Below are positions 38,044 through 48,538 of a stretch of 64,000 nucleotides of DNA, one piece after another. The stretch covers positions 1 through 64,000 of the forward strand of contig JBCNUU010000003.1 in assembly GCA_039630545.1 (NCBI GenBank), read 5' to 3'. The stretch's first letter is position 1. Each line of letters opens with the position of its first letter. This stretch comes from Endomicrobiia bacterium. GTDB lineage: Bacteria; Elusimicrobiota; Endomicrobiia; DTEH01. The translations under genes were made by a program, and so were the position numbers. The notes below the pieces were generated by a model. It made no database searches. It saw only the letters and a program-made list of their open reading frames with translations, and had not been told where the DNA came from.

Positions 38044-39624
38044 TTACCAAGGAATTCCACTTGGTGGGATAGTCTGCCAGAGTTTTCTAACTAACACTAT
38101 ATTTAAACTTGGCAGATTTAAATTTTCATCAAAAAAAACTATTGAGTACTCAGAAACTCCTGTTCCGCGCTGAACATTACCTACAACCCAGACAGCACCA
38201 TATATATCCATTGGTCCTTCCATATTGTAGTTTCCTCCTACATAAAGAAACCCGGCTAAACCAACATCTGTATTTTTAGCCACAGGCCCACCAGACCAGG
38301 TTTCTAACCCAAATCTAAAAACATTTCTTACCTGTTTTAAACCATTATCAGCAGGATATTGATTAAGAGAAGCAGTGTCTATTTTCTGGTATTCCATATA
38401 AGCTTCGGGTGGTACTTTACATTCAGCATCAGTTAATCCTGTATTAGGATTTCCTGTCCACTTTAAGTTATCTCCTGTATAATTTGTAAAATTACCACGA
38501 ATAATAAGCTGTCCTTTAATTCCACACCCATTTTCTGCTGTACCTCCTGTCATTATCAAATCCCCATCATAATACCAAACACGCCCGGCTAACTTAGCTG
38601 GGTGTCTCCATGGATTCTGCAGATGCGGCCTGCCATCATGGTTTTGTCCTGGATTTAAATTACAGGAAGATAAATTCTCATATGAAACTTGATTGTTGTC
38701 TGTCCTGACTGAAACTCTTTGCCAGTATTTAGGACCCCTGTAACTATTCATAGAAGAACACGCATAAAAATTTAGAGTATTTATTGTAGCTGAACTCATC
38801 ACATTAAGAGTTGGATAATAATTTTTAAACCAACCAGCAGGAGGAGGAGCATTTGTGTTGTAAACTTTAAGCCACATAAACCGTCTATAAGTTCTGCCGC
38901 CTGAAGTTATTGTATCAACATATTCCAGATAAGTGGCAACATTTACAGCAGCAGAAGAACTCAAAGCAGCAAAGTCTAAAATTGGCAAATCAGGCACAGG
39001 ATAGTCAGACCACCACTCAACATTATCTGTGTTAGGAGAATCAAGACCGTTGGTATCTCTTGGATAAGAAGGAACAGAAGAAACCACTCCCCTTGCAAAT
39101 TTTCTTGGGTAGTATTTTCTTGCAATGTTAGCGTCTGTAATTTCTATGTTGCCGTGTGCCATTACAGGTCCCCAGTGACATTCAAAAGCATTACCAAGAT
39201 AAACATGTCCTCTTGAAATTATTGAGCCTGGAATTGTTAAATTTTTAAAAATTGCTTTTATAGCACGAACTTCAGAGGTAGTATTGTCCTTCCCTTCCGC
39301 AATAATCACAACGGATTTAGGCTCAGGACCACTTGAAAATTTTATTCTATACACACCTCCGGGAATATCATCGTACAATACATCAAAGTTATATCCTTCA
39401 ACAGGAACGCCCGAAGCTATTCTGTTCCATGTATCTGTTGAACTTTTTATCTTCCATAAACCACGGTTTATACCTGCTTCAGCTAAGTTTGTGGCAAGAC
39501 TTCTTCCTTCTTGTTTTTTTGCCATTTTTGTTTGATGTCTAACCCAATCTACTATCGTAGGAATAGCAATAACTAAAAACAAAGCTATTGCTATTACCAT
39601 GGGTAAGACCTGTCCTTTTTTCAT
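38044..39624 (-). CDS. PilX-like minor pilin with large C-terminal domain
   Basis: MKKG|QVLPMV prepilin-like leader lacking E5; A..LAEAG motif; start at 39624 after GGAGG. Confidence 0.75.
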   Translation of the reverse strand: MKKGQVLPMVIAIALFLVIAIPTIVDWVRHQTKMAKKQEGRSLATNLAEAGINRGLWKIKSSTDTWNRIASGVPVEGYNFDVLYDDIPGGVYRIKFSSGPEPKSVVIIAEGKDNTTSEVRAIKAIFKNLTIPGSIISRGHVYLGNAFECHWGPVMAHGNIEITDANIARKYYPRKFARGVVSSVPSYPRDTNGLDSPNTDNVEWWSDYPVPDLPILDFAALSSSAAVNVATYLEYVDTITSGGRTYRRFMWLKVYNTNAPPPAGWFKNYYPTLNVMSSATINTLNFYACSSMNSYRGPKYWQRVSVRTDNNQVSYENLSSCNLNPGQNHDGRPHLQNPWRHPAKLAGRVWYYDGDLIMTGGTAENGCGIKGQLIIRGNFTNYTGDNLKWTGNPNTGLTDAECKVPPEAYMEYQKIDTASLNQYPADNGLKQVRNVFRFGLETWSGGPVAKNTDVGLAGFLYVGGNYNMEGPMDIYGAVWVVGNVQRGTGVSEYSIVFFDENLNLPSLNIVLVRKLWQTIPPSGIPW

Positions 39625-39664
39625 CCTTATTACCTCCACAATCTACCTTCTACTTAAACTGCAG

Positions 39665-40159
39665 CTAATTCATAACCATTACCTTTTCTGAAGCCATATG
39701 TAGAGCTTTTTTTCTTATTTCATAAAGATCTTTTTCAAGAGTAAGTGCTATAGAAACTATATTCATTTCATAAGATCGGGGAAAAGTTACAGCAAAGTAA
39801 GTTATACTCTTAGAAAGCATCTTTGGCTGCATATTACCAATTTTTTCATAAAGTGTTCTTCCAACTTGATAGTAGGAAACAAAGAGACCGTCAACCGTGT
39901 AGAAGTCAATTTTTGAATAAGGAGGCTGTTGAGAGTTATACCTACTTATAACAATTGTGTTACTTCTACCATTTCTTAGGTTTCTCATTATAAGTTCAAG
40001 AATTGTTCTTGCTTCTTCTTGAAGTTCTTTCTGAACTAGAGTAATTCTATAAAAACGCCATATTTGTAAAAACAAAGAAGACACACTCAAAGACAAAATT
40101 CCAAACATTGTCACTATTATCATTAACTCAACAAGGGTCCAACCTTTTTTATTATTCAT
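39665..40159 (-). CDS. Prepilin-type (PilW/GspJ-like) minor pilin
   Basis: KKG|WTLVEL N-terminal methylation motif. Confidence 0.85.
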   Translation of the reverse strand: MNNKKGWTLVELMIIVTMFGILSLSVSSLFLQIWRFYRITLVQKELQEEARTILELIMRNLRNGRSNTIVISRYNSQQPPYSKIDFYTVDGLFVSYYQVGRTLYEKIGNMQPKMLSKSITYFAVTFPRSYEMNIVSIALTLEKDLYEIRKKALHMASEKVMVMN

Positions 40160-40168
40160 AAACTTTAA

Positions 40169-42697
40169 TTACCAGCTAAAATTTCTATTTGTTACCTCGC
40201 TTCCTGGAGGTACAAGTATATTTAGTATTTCTCTCCTTGAAACATTAGGATTTCCGTTAGCATCATAGGTTGTGTAATAACCATAAAGGTTATACCTTGT
40301 CACAGTAGAACCTATAACTTCTAATACATAAGTTCCGTCTTCGTAGCTGCTTGTTAAAAAATATGCTGCTGAAGTCAAAGTAGCAGTTGACAAAACAGGT
40401 GGTGTTATAATTGTAGCTGTAGAAGCAATTATTAGCACTCCTGTTGAGATTGGTTTTCCAGAAGCTGTAACTTTACCAGAGATTTTTCCCATAGTACCTG
40501 TGATAGTAAAAGTTCCTGCAAAGACATTAACTCCTGCTGTAACAGTAACTGTGGAAACTGCTGGGATTGAGGTTTCTTTGGCACTAAGAATTGGTTTTAT
40601 ATAATATGTTCCTGAAGAAAGATTTGAGATGTAAAATCTTCCGTTGTTGTCTGAGACATCTTCACCAACTACAAATCCTTCTATGGTAGTTGCAACTATT
40701 GGAATTCCTTCCAGAGGATTAATTCTATCTATAGTAACAAACCCTGTGACTTTACCACCCTGAGACAAAATAAAATTCACACCTGAGGTAATTTGAGCTC
40801 TTTTTACCTCAACATTTTCTCTTCTTAAAGAAACATAAAGTGGGTTAAGATTGTGGGGATTACAGGTTACAGTATAAATTCCAGTTGAAGAGGCTAAAAA
40901 ATAAAATCCTAAAGAGTTCGTATAAGTAAAACCTCCTGGAGTTTCAACTTTTATACCACCTAATGGTTGGCCTAATAAATTAAGGACTCTTCCGGAAATA
41001 AATCCAAGCTCTGTAGAAGAAGAAAGTTGAGTATAAAAATAAGGTGCATACCAAGCTGGCGAAGTAAAAGCGTTTGGTATGCCCAAAGCCGTAGTACCAC
41101 CTACATTTACATTGTTTATTTCTGTATGCCGTTCATTACTTGAAATCATTACACTCCAGCTACCTGTAGCAACATTTAAGAGAAAAAACAAAGCAACCGG
41201 TGGATCTCCGTAAGGCACTGCAGAAGTAACCTCAGAAACTCCATCATTACAAGAAATAATACTTCCAAAACCTGGACGTCCTGTTAGTGGAGGAAAACTA
41301 TCCTGAGAATTTTTTGGAGCAATTTGAATAGGACGCTGAGCACCTGCAAAATCTTTGTTGTTGTTATCTGAATCATAACAGTTTCCCCAGCCAGAAATAA
41401 AAACATTAAATGTGGAAACTTTTCTTATATATTGCTCGTCTTCTTCAAGACCAAAATTTTGATCTATACCGTCTGTTTCATATAGAGGTGCTGTTCTTTT
41501 TGCATTTATGTTATCATTCAACAAAGCATCCCATCCTACTATATCTATAGGAGTATCTGAAGGTATATGGTATAACACTATACTTCCTCCGGCGTAACGA
41601 ATGTTGTTTTCATCATAAGTTTTTATTATGTTCGGATACTCTGGATCTGTATTAGAGAAAACAGCATCTGCTGTTTTTGTTACTCCTGCAACTCTAACAG
41701 TAGTTGTGTTTGCTATAAGATAGTAACTAAAGGGAGGTAGTATTAATGTATTATAAACAAGCGGAATTTTTCGTAAAGTATCTCCTACAAATGTGGACTG
41801 ATATTTTATACCTATGATACCAGAAGACACAGAAACAGCCATCTGCCAGTAAAAAGTAGTTGGATTATAAAGCTCTATATATTCCTGAACAAACCCATTA
41901 GGCGCTCTTGTAGAACCCACAATTTGGGAAATTACGATTCTATCGTTAATCCATACATATCCATACACGGTACCTGTAGATATAGGCTGTAAATCAAAGT
42001 TTAATGTTTGAGGATTTGCTCCTACTGTAATCTGTTTTATTGAAGGATAAAATCCTCTAAGAGTGGCCATAACATTATATGTTCCAAAAGGTACTCTTAT
42101 ACTATAATCTCCTGCAGCGTTAGTATAGTCCCTGCATCCAATATTCTCTGCTACAACAACTAAAGCATCTTTTAGGCCTTGCAAATTAGCTGCATTTCTT
42201 ACTTTCCCCATTATCTGACCTCTAAAAGCCTCCATAGATGGGTTTGCTTCTATACTCTTAAGTGTAACATACTTCTTTCCAAAAGGAGAATCATACACAA
42301 CTGATACCTGAATAGACTTCATTCCTTGATCAGGAGATCCTGGAGGAAGGGGATGAATTTTTCCGTCAATCTCCTGAACAGAACAGACATAAGTAAATCT
42401 TTTAAAATTGATTCCTCCTTCAAGAATATTTTCTGGTGGAAAATACTCTGTATCATATGGGATAGGCGGAGTTACTTCTGTATAATAAGAAGGAGCTGGA
42501 GTTACTAATATTCTATGATAAGGTTTTTGACGCAAAATTTGAATTTTTTCTTGAGCAAGATTTGTTGCTAAAGTTTTAGCTTTTGAAGATATTATACTTT
42601 TTGAAATATTTGTAAAACTTCCAACAAATACTAAAACTGTGACACTCAATATAACTAATGCAGCAACAAGCTCTACTAAAGTTACACCTTTTTTCAT
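40169..42697 (-). CDS. Large prepilin-type (PilV-like) protein with carboxypeptidase-regulatory-like repeats and a lamin-tail-like domain
   Basis: KKG|VTLVEL; repeated G.I.GKV...T...G.Y units; IVISQI...EYIELYNPT (LTD-like). Confidence 0.8.
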   Translation of the reverse strand: MKKGVTLVELVAALVILSVTVLVFVGSFTNISKSIISSKAKTLATNLAQEKIQILRQKPYHRILVTPAPSYYTEVTPPIPYDTEYFPPENILEGGINFKRFTYVCSVQEIDGKIHPLPPGSPDQGMKSIQVSVVYDSPFGKKYVTLKSIEANPSMEAFRGQIMGKVRNAANLQGLKDALVVVAENIGCRDYTNAAGDYSIRVPFGTYNVMATLRGFYPSIKQITVGANPQTLNFDLQPISTGTVYGYVWINDRIVISQIVGSTRAPNGFVQEYIELYNPTTFYWQMAVSVSSGIIGIKYQSTFVGDTLRKIPLVYNTLILPPFSYYLIANTTTVRVAGVTKTADAVFSNTDPEYPNIIKTYDENNIRYAGGSIVLYHIPSDTPIDIVGWDALLNDNINAKRTAPLYETDGIDQNFGLEEDEQYIRKVSTFNVFISGWGNCYDSDNNNKDFAGAQRPIQIAPKNSQDSFPPLTGRPGFGSIISCNDGVSEVTSAVPYGDPPVALFFLLNVATGSWSVMISSNERHTEINNVNVGGTTALGIPNAFTSPAWYAPYFYTQLSSSTELGFISGRVLNLLGQPLGGIKVETPGGFTYTNSLGFYFLASSTGIYTVTCNPHNLNPLYVSLRRENVEVKRAQITSGVNFILSQGGKVTGFVTIDRINPLEGIPIVATTIEGFVVGEDVSDNNGRFYISNLSSGTYYIKPILSAKETSIPAVSTVTVTAGVNVFAGTFTITGTMGKISGKVTASGKPISTGVLIIASTATIITPPVLSTATLTSAAYFLTSSYEDGTYVLEVIGSTVTRYNLYGYYTTYDANGNPNVSRREILNILVPPGSEVTNRNFSW

Positions 42698-42882
42698 TTC
42701 CTATATATATTTATATACACAAAAATAAAAAAAGACAACTTTTATTTCAAAATTTTTTATTAAATTTTAAAATGTCTTTACATATCTTAAAATTTTTTAA
42801 AAAATAGGTTTAAATTACACTTACATAATTTTTACAAAGAACAAATAGACGAAAACATTTACTTCCTGAAAGCATAAAATTT

Positions 42883-43137
42883 CTATATAAAAAACTTTTT
42901 CTCGGAAAATTTACTAATCATTAAGGTTTGAATTTTCTTTAATCCATCATTTAAAAGATCTTTAAGAATTTTCTGAAGTTTTGCTATATCTAAACCTGGA
43001 TTTAGCACTATCTCTTCAACTTCCATCTTACCGTTTATCTTAACCTTCACTCCTTCTTTCTCAACCACTATACTTTCTTTAGATAAAGTTTCATTTAACT
43101 CTTTAAGCATCTTTATATTTTTAAAAAATTCAAACAT
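42883..43137 (-). CDS. YbaB/EbfC family nucleoid-associated protein
   Basis: Size and VKVKINGKMEV..I.LNP pattern. Confidence 0.75.
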   Translation of the reverse strand: MFEFFKNIKMLKELNETLSKESIVVEKEGVKVKINGKMEVEEIVLNPGLDIAKLQKILKDLLNDGLKKIQTLMISKFSEKKFFI

Positions 43138-43171
43138 ACATCTCACTCCTTTCTGATAGATAAAACAATTT

Positions 43172-43879
43172 TTAATTTTTTGCTTTAATTTTCAATCCAA
43201 TCCCTTCAGCATATACTATGTTCTTGTTATCATCCAGATAAACAAAAAATGTCACCAAATATGGTAAAACCAATTTTATCTTATGAAGGTGGTTGCTTTT
43301 TTCTCTTCCCAGGTAATATAATTTTATTTTTTCTATTTTCATCTTTTCTTTATCTATAAAATTGAATTCGCATTCATTTATTTTTTCAAAATCCCAGAGA
43401 GTAGATACTAATGGAATAGCATTTCCTGCGGTCAAAATTGGGTATTTAAATTCAAATTTTTTTTCTTTTGTTTTTTTCTCTTTTTTAGTAATTTTACATT
43501 CATATACATCATTTTTTATAAGTTTATTTTCCATCACAGTAATGATTTCTTTTTTTCCTTCTATTATTGTAAGCATCATAGAATTCAATGGAGTTAAATC
43601 ATTAAAGTTATATTCTTCAATCTCATAATTTTTGGTTTTCCCCATGAAAAACAGAATTGGTATGTCAGCATAGCTATCTATCTCACTATATATCTTCACA
43701 TTTTCAGAACTTACAAAGGATGAAATAGAAACATTTATAAATCCAACTTCTTTTTCTCCACTAAAAATCACAAAACTATAAGTCTTAAAAAACTTTTCAA
43801 AATTTTCCCCATATATAAAATAAAAAAACATCTGAAAAATAAATAACTTTATAGTTTGTTTCACATGAAACATTTTCAT
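43172..43879 (-). CDS. Hypothetical exported protein
   Basis: 235-aa ORF with hydrophobic N-terminus; its start overlaps the parS site. Confidence 0.65.
   Translation of the reverse strand: MKMFHVKQTIKLFIFQMFFYFIYGENFEKFFKTYSFVIFSGEKEVGFINVSISSFVSSENVKIYSEIDSYADIPILFFMGKTKNYEIEEYNFNDLTPLNSMMLTIIEGKKEIITVMENKLIKNDVYECKITKKEKKTKEKKFEFKYPILTAGNAIPLVSTLWDFEKINECEFNFIDKEKMKIEKIKLYYLGREKSNHLHKIKLVLPYLVTFFVYLDDNKNIVYAEGIGLKIKAKN
43857..43872. promoter_or_regulatory. parS centromere-like site
   Basis: TGTTTCACATGAAACA, 15/16 match to consensus TGTTTCACGTGAAACA, under 1 kb from the DnaA boxes. Confidence 0.8.
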
Positions 43880-43911
43880 ATTAATTCAACCTCTACAAGC
43901 ATAATTTCAAA

Positions 43912-44328
43912 TTATTCTCCAATAATTTTAACGAGTACTTTTTTTGGCCTTTGGCCATCAAATTCTCCATAAAAAATCTGTTCCCATGGACCCAAGTCAA
44001 GCTTTCCATTTGTAACTGCAATAACTACTTCTCTTCCCATAATTGTTCTTTTCAAGTGGGCGTGTCCATTGTCTTCTCCAGTAAGGTTATGTCTATATAG
44101 ACTTTCATCAGATGGAGCCAACTTCTCAAGCCAATTTTTAAAATCCCATTTTAAACCTTCTTCTTCATCATTTATAAACACAGATGCTGTAATATGCATA
44201 GCATTTACAAGACATAAGCCTTCTTTTATTCCACTTTTTTTGACAATTTCTTCTACTTTTTTAGTGATGTTTATAAACTCAATTTTATTTTTTGTGTTAA
44301 ATAACAAGTATTCTGTAAAAAATTTCAT
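43912..44328 (-). CDS. yjbQ: YjbQ / UPF0047 family protein
   Basis: [42 protein letters not shown]. Confidence 0.93.
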   Translation of the reverse strand: MKFFTEYLLFNTKNKIEFINITKKVEEIVKKSGIKEGLCLVNAMHITASVFINDEEEGLKWDFKNWLEKLAPSDESLYRHNLTGEDNGHAHLKRTIMGREVVIAVTNGKLDLGPWEQIFYGEFDGQRPKKVLVKIIGE

Positions 44329-44901
44329 ATTTTATGTCCTCTTTCTATTTTGGAAATCTCATCACTTCTACTATAAAGCTTTCTTAAGATTAAAGTAAAT
44401 TGTTAAATTTTTCTATAAGCTGTCTTTTTGGATTTTTTTTTGAATGTTTCAAATTCGAGAAATATTAATTTTCTAATTTTTTAAGCACATTAATATCGTT
44501 TCTTCATTTTTTCTCATACATTTCTTTAGACTTTCTATAAGATTGTAAAATCTGATGTTCTTTATTTAGATCTTTATATTCAATTTCTTTTTAAGCAAGC
44601 TTTCTATGTTTCTCAGGTTATTTACTTTTATTTATCTGGTTTTTAAGTGTTTAAGTTGTAGATGTAATTCTATCAATTATTTTGATTTTTTGTTTATAAA
44701 TTAAAATTATCATTGTCTTTTAATCTGTGGAAAATGTGGATAAAAATTTTTTTTGTAAAAAACTTCTCGTAAATTCGTAAAAAATAAAAATTTTCAAAAG
44801 TAAAACTTAAAGTGGAAAAATAATAACATATAACACAAAAACTTTTTCTTTTAAAGAATTTATAAGTTTTATCCACAGCTTTCAAAAATTATTCACAAGT
44901 T
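44329..44901. other. Probable chromosomal replication origin (oriC)
   Basis: AT-rich intergenic region with DnaA boxes TGTGGAAAA (44726), TGTGGATAA (44735), TTATCCACA (44869) and TTATTCACA (44889); nearby parS; predominant gene strand flips from - to + within about 0.5 kb. Confidence 0.75.
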
Positions 44902-45333
44902 CTAAATATCAAATATCACATCTACAGAATATCCATTTTTGTTTTTTTTAATTTTTAAATTATGAAAAGTTGCTGATTTTAATTCAAACAAAGCACCGTG
45001 TTTTTGTTTGTCATATTTTTCACCAAAACATGTGTATGAAATTTTCCAACTTTTATCTTCGTTAGTAATTTTTTCTACTTTAAATTTACAAAAAAGAATT
45101 TTATTTACAGATGTTTGATACAAAAGATCATTAAGAAAACTGATAAGTAAACCTTCAACATCTTGATCTTCAGTAGAAGAGGAATATTTTTCTTTTTCTT
45201 CTATATTGTGAAAATTTTCACAAATTATATTATACATTCCATAAGCACAGTTACAGAAAAGTTCTTCTAATGAAGTAGCAGAGGTTCTTATGCCAATGTC
45301 TGCTGTATGGTCAATTAATTTAAACTTATACAT
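44902..45333 (-). CDS. Archease
   Basis: DHTADIG, LKSATFH, C-terminal IFDI. Confidence 0.93.
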   Translation of the reverse strand: MYKFKLIDHTADIGIRTSATSLEELFCNCAYGMYNIICENFHNIEEKEKYSSSTEDQDVEGLLISFLNDLLYQTSVNKILFCKFKVEKITNEDKSWKISYTCFGEKYDKQKHGALFELKSATFHNLKIKKNKNGYSVDVIFDI

Positions 45334-45422
45334 AATTTTTATTATACAAAATTTTAAGATTGAAATAAATAGAAGTTGTATGTTGAAAAATACAGCAACA
45401 TTTTAGTATAAAAATCAAAAGT

Positions 45423-46106
45423 ATGGAAAAAAAAATAGTAGCAGTTGTTGATGATGAAGAGGATATCCTGGAGTTAATTAAGGTTAATCTAACAAAGGAA
45501 GGGTTTGAAGTTCATTGTTTTGATACTCCAAAAAAATTTTTTAACTTCATACAGCAAAGAATACCTGATTTAGTAATATTAGATATAATGCTTCCAGGTA
45601 TAGATGGTTTTGAAATTTGTAAAAAAATAAAATCCGACGCAAAACTAAACAATGTTCCTGTAATATTTCTTTCAGCAAAATCAGATGAAGTAGATAAAGT
45701 TGTGGGTTTAGAGTTAGGTGCAGACGATTATATCACAAAGCCGTTTTCTGTAAGGGAGCTAATTGCTCGTGTAAAAACAGTTTTAAGAAGACAGCAGACA
45801 AAACAAAAAGAGAAGTTGATAAAAATTGGCAATATTTTAGTTATTAATCCAGATACATACGAAGTCTTTGTTGAAGGAGAAAAAGTTGAACTTACCACAA
45901 CAGAATTTAAGTTACTCCTAGTTCTTGCAGAAAATAAAAATAAAGTTTTCACAAGGGACCAACTTCTTGATTACCTCTGGGGCACTCAAAAAGCAGTTTT
46001 GGACAGAACAATAGATGTACATATCACACACCTACGAGAAAAACTTAAAAAAGCAGCCAGTTTTATAAAAAATGTTCGTGGAGTTGGATACAAAATTTCA
46101 GAATAG
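45423..46106 (+). CDS. OmpR/PhoB-family response regulator (PhoP/PhoB-like)
   Basis: VDDE, LDIMLP, GADDYITKPF, RTIDVHI..LR, VRGVGY; pst operon nearby. Confidence 0.92.
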   Translation: MEKKIVAVVDDEEDILELIKVNLTKEGFEVHCFDTPKKFFNFIQQRIPDLVILDIMLPGIDGFEICKKIKSDAKLNNVPVIFLSAKSDEVDKVVGLELGADDYITKPFSVRELIARVKTVLRRQQTKQKEKLIKIGNILVINPDTYEVFVEGEKVELTTTEFKLLLVLAENKNKVFTRDQLLDYLWGTQKAVLDRTIDVHITHLREKLKKAASFIKNVRGVGYKISE

Positions 46107-46124
46107 AACTTTTATTTTTAATCA

Positions 46125-47372
46125 ATGAATTTTGTTGAGGATACTTTAAAGTTGTTAATTTTTGGAATTTTAGCGATTGGTTTAGTTGTGGTTTTTTTGA
46201 TTTTTAAACTTTACTCTATAAAAAAATTTCTAAAAAAGCTTATCTTAGCAATCCAAAAAGTAGCAAAAAAAAATTTTGATATAAACTTGCCTTCTCAAGG
46301 TGACTCAGAAATAAAAAGTTTGATTGAAAATTTTAATTTTATGGTTTCTGAAATAAAAAATGCAATGGAGGAAATTTCTTATGAAAAAGATCGACTTAAA
46401 AAAATATTTTCTTCAATACAAGAAGCAGTAGTTTTACTTGATACTGAAGGACGTATTCTATTATACAACGATAAGTTCAAGAAGCTCTGTAAAGTTTCTC
46501 CTGAGAATAGACACTATTTAGAGGTTTTGATTTCTTCTGAGTTTAATGAGTTAATTAAAAAAGTTCTTACCACACAAAAAAATATAATTCAAGAAATAGA
46601 AATTTCTTTTGATACTTATCTTTGTAGTGTTAGTTTCGTTTCAGAAAAAGAGTTAGTGGTTTTATTTTATAATATCACACAGCACAAAGCCCTTCAGAGT
46701 ATAAAAAAAGAGTTAGTTTTAAACATAATTCACGAACTAAAAACGCCACTAACAAGCATTAAAGGATTTTCAGAAACCCTATATGAGGAGATAAAAGATA
46801 AAACTTATAGAAATTACTTAGAGATTATACTTTCTAACACAGACAGATTAATTCGTATAATAAACGAGCTTACTTTACTTTCTCAAATAGAGCACAAAGA
46901 AGTAAATCTTGAACTTGAAGATGTAAATCTTCCAGAAGTTTTAAATACAATAAAAAATCTTTTTGAACACAAAATAAAACAAAAAAATTTAAACTTTTAT
47001 TTAGAAATAAAAAAAGATATGAAACCAATCAAAGCCGATAAATTTTTACTTGAGCAGGTTTTAATAAACCTTATAGATAACTCTATAAGATATACAGAAA
47101 AAGGATACATAAAAGTGTCTGTAACACAAGATCACTCAAATACATTCATACAAGTAGAAGATACAGGAATAGGAATACCTAAAGAGTATCACCAGAGAGT
47201 TTTTGAGAGGTTTTTCGTAGTAGACAAAGCCCGTTCAAGACAGACAGGTGGAACTGGTCTGGGACTTTCTATAGTAAAACACATAGTAGAGATTCACAAA
47301 GGAGAAATTTTTTTGGAAAGCCAGGTAGGTGTAGGTACAAAGTTTACGGTGGTACTGAATAATAAAATATAA
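46125..47372 (+). CDS. Sensor histidine kinase (PhoR-like; TM-HAMP-PAS-HisKA-HATPase)
   Basis: HELKTPLT, NLIDN, DTGIGI, FERFF.VDKARSR..GGTGLGLSIVKH. Confidence 0.92.
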   Translation: MNFVEDTLKLLIFGILAIGLVVVFLIFKLYSIKKFLKKLILAIQKVAKKNFDINLPSQGDSEIKSLIENFNFMVSEIKNAMEEISYEKDRLKKIFSSIQEAVVLLDTEGRILLYNDKFKKLCKVSPENRHYLEVLISSEFNELIKKVLTTQKNIIQEIEISFDTYLCSVSFVSEKELVVLFYNITQHKALQSIKKELVLNIIHELKTPLTSIKGFSETLYEEIKDKTYRNYLEIILSNTDRLIRIINELTLLSQIEHKEVNLELEDVNLPEVLNTIKNLFEHKIKQKNLNFYLEIKKDMKPIKADKFLLEQVLINLIDNSIRYTEKGYIKVSVTQDHSNTFIQVEDTGIGIPKEYHQRVFERFFVVDKARSRQTGGTGLGLSIVKHIVEIHKGEIFLESQVGVGTKFTVVLNNKI

Positions 47373-47398
47373 ATAATATAAATTTAAAGTTTATTTTT

Positions 47399-47893
47399 AT
47401 GCCTTGTTTTATCCTTGATGGTTATAATATAATAAAAGGTTCAGAAAAATTTTATGCGAAAGACATTTCTTTGCGTATAGAAAAACTTATAAGATTTTTA
47501 ATTGAGCAGAAACCTCAGGGTTCCTATAAAAATAAAGTTGTAGTTGTTTTTGATGGTTCGCCACAGATTTCATATTCAAACTACATAAATCTTAAAAGTT
47601 ACAATATACAAATAATTTTTTCTTACTCTCAAACAGCTGATGAAAAGATAAAGAAAATTGCAGAAACTACAAAAAATCCAAAAGATTTCATTGTAGTTTC
47701 AGATGATAAAGAGATTGTATATTATGTTAAATATTGTGGTTTAAGAGTATTATCTGTAAAGGAATTTATAAAAGAACACAAACAGTCAAAAAAATTCTCA
47801 TATAGAAAGCTTAAAGGTGAAGATAAATTTAACTGTCCTGTTGAAGAACTTAATGATATAACAAAGGAACTCAAAGAAAAGTTTAAAATTTAG
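47399..47893 (+). CDS. NYN-domain (YacP/Rae1-like) ribonuclease
   Basis: ILDGYNI, VVFDG, TAD..I, VVSDD. Confidence 0.85.
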   Translation: MPCFILDGYNIIKGSEKFYAKDISLRIEKLIRFLIEQKPQGSYKNKVVVVFDGSPQISYSNYINLKSYNIQIIFSYSQTADEKIKKIAETTKNPKDFIVVSDDKEIVYYVKYCGLRVLSVKEFIKEHKQSKKFSYRKLKGEDKFNCPVEELNDITKELKEKFKI

Positions 47894-47943
47894 TTATTCT
47901 GTTAATTTATCAATATCAAGAAAGATATTTTAGGAGGACGAAA

Positions 47944-48525
47944 ATGATAAAAAAAATAATTTTAATAGTATTGTGTTTTGCTATCGTTTTTAAAAGTTTT
48001 CGTTTAGATCTTTATGCTTCGGATATAAAAAATAAGGCAACAATTGATGCTATAAGAGATGCGGAGTCAGATGTTAAAAAACCTTTGTGGTTGCTAGTAG
48101 GAGCTATCGGAGGACCTGTGGGTGTGGCTTTTTCTTATTTTCACAAAGATTATCCTTCAGCAACTAGACTTATAGGTAAACCACCAGAGTATGTTTTAAC
48201 TTATCTTGAAGTCTATAGGAAAACTACAAAAAAATTAAAGCTAAAAGCAGCTGTGGCAGGAAGTATTATTGCTTTGATAACTTATTTTTATTTGAATAAT
48301 ATCAGTGCCTTAAACACTGGTTGTTTTAATACTTCTCCAGAATGTTCATCTACATGTGCAGGATGTTCTTCTTCATCTATAGATACTGGATGCAGTTCAG
48401 TTGAAGGATGGTCTAATACAGGATGTTCTTCAGGTAGTAGTGGGTGTTCTTCTGGGACCTCGGGAGGTTCAGGAGGTTGTGCAAGTAGCGGTGGCAGTAG
48501 TGGATGTGCTTACATTGGATTTTAA
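47944..48525 (+). CDS. Membrane/exported protein with Cys/Ser/Gly-rich C-terminal tail
   Basis: Signal peptide, two hydrophobic segments, tail with 9 Cys mostly in xGCS-type units; AGGAGG RBS. Confidence 0.75.
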   Translation: MIKKIILIVLCFAIVFKSFRLDLYASDIKNKATIDAIRDAESDVKKPLWLLVGAIGGPVGVAFSYFHKDYPSATRLIGKPPEYVLTYLEVYRKTTKKLKLKAAVAGSIIALITYFYLNNISALNTGCFNTSPECSSTCAGCSSSSIDTGCSSVEGWSNTGCSSGSSGCSSGTSGGSGGCASSGGSSGCAYIGF

Positions 48526-48538
48526 GTTTTTGTAAATT

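Noticed and set aside
44680..44725. DnaA-trio element beside the tandem DnaA boxes
   Set aside because: No convincing trinucleotide repeat run could be read.
44694..44885. 63-aa ORF over the DnaA boxes
   Set aside because: No RBS or motif; better explained as origin DNA.
48313..48525. Definite RiPP precursor call for the GCS-rich tail
   Set aside because: No YcaO, lanthionine synthetase or SPASM maturase nearby, and the protein has TM segments; kept only as one hypothesis.
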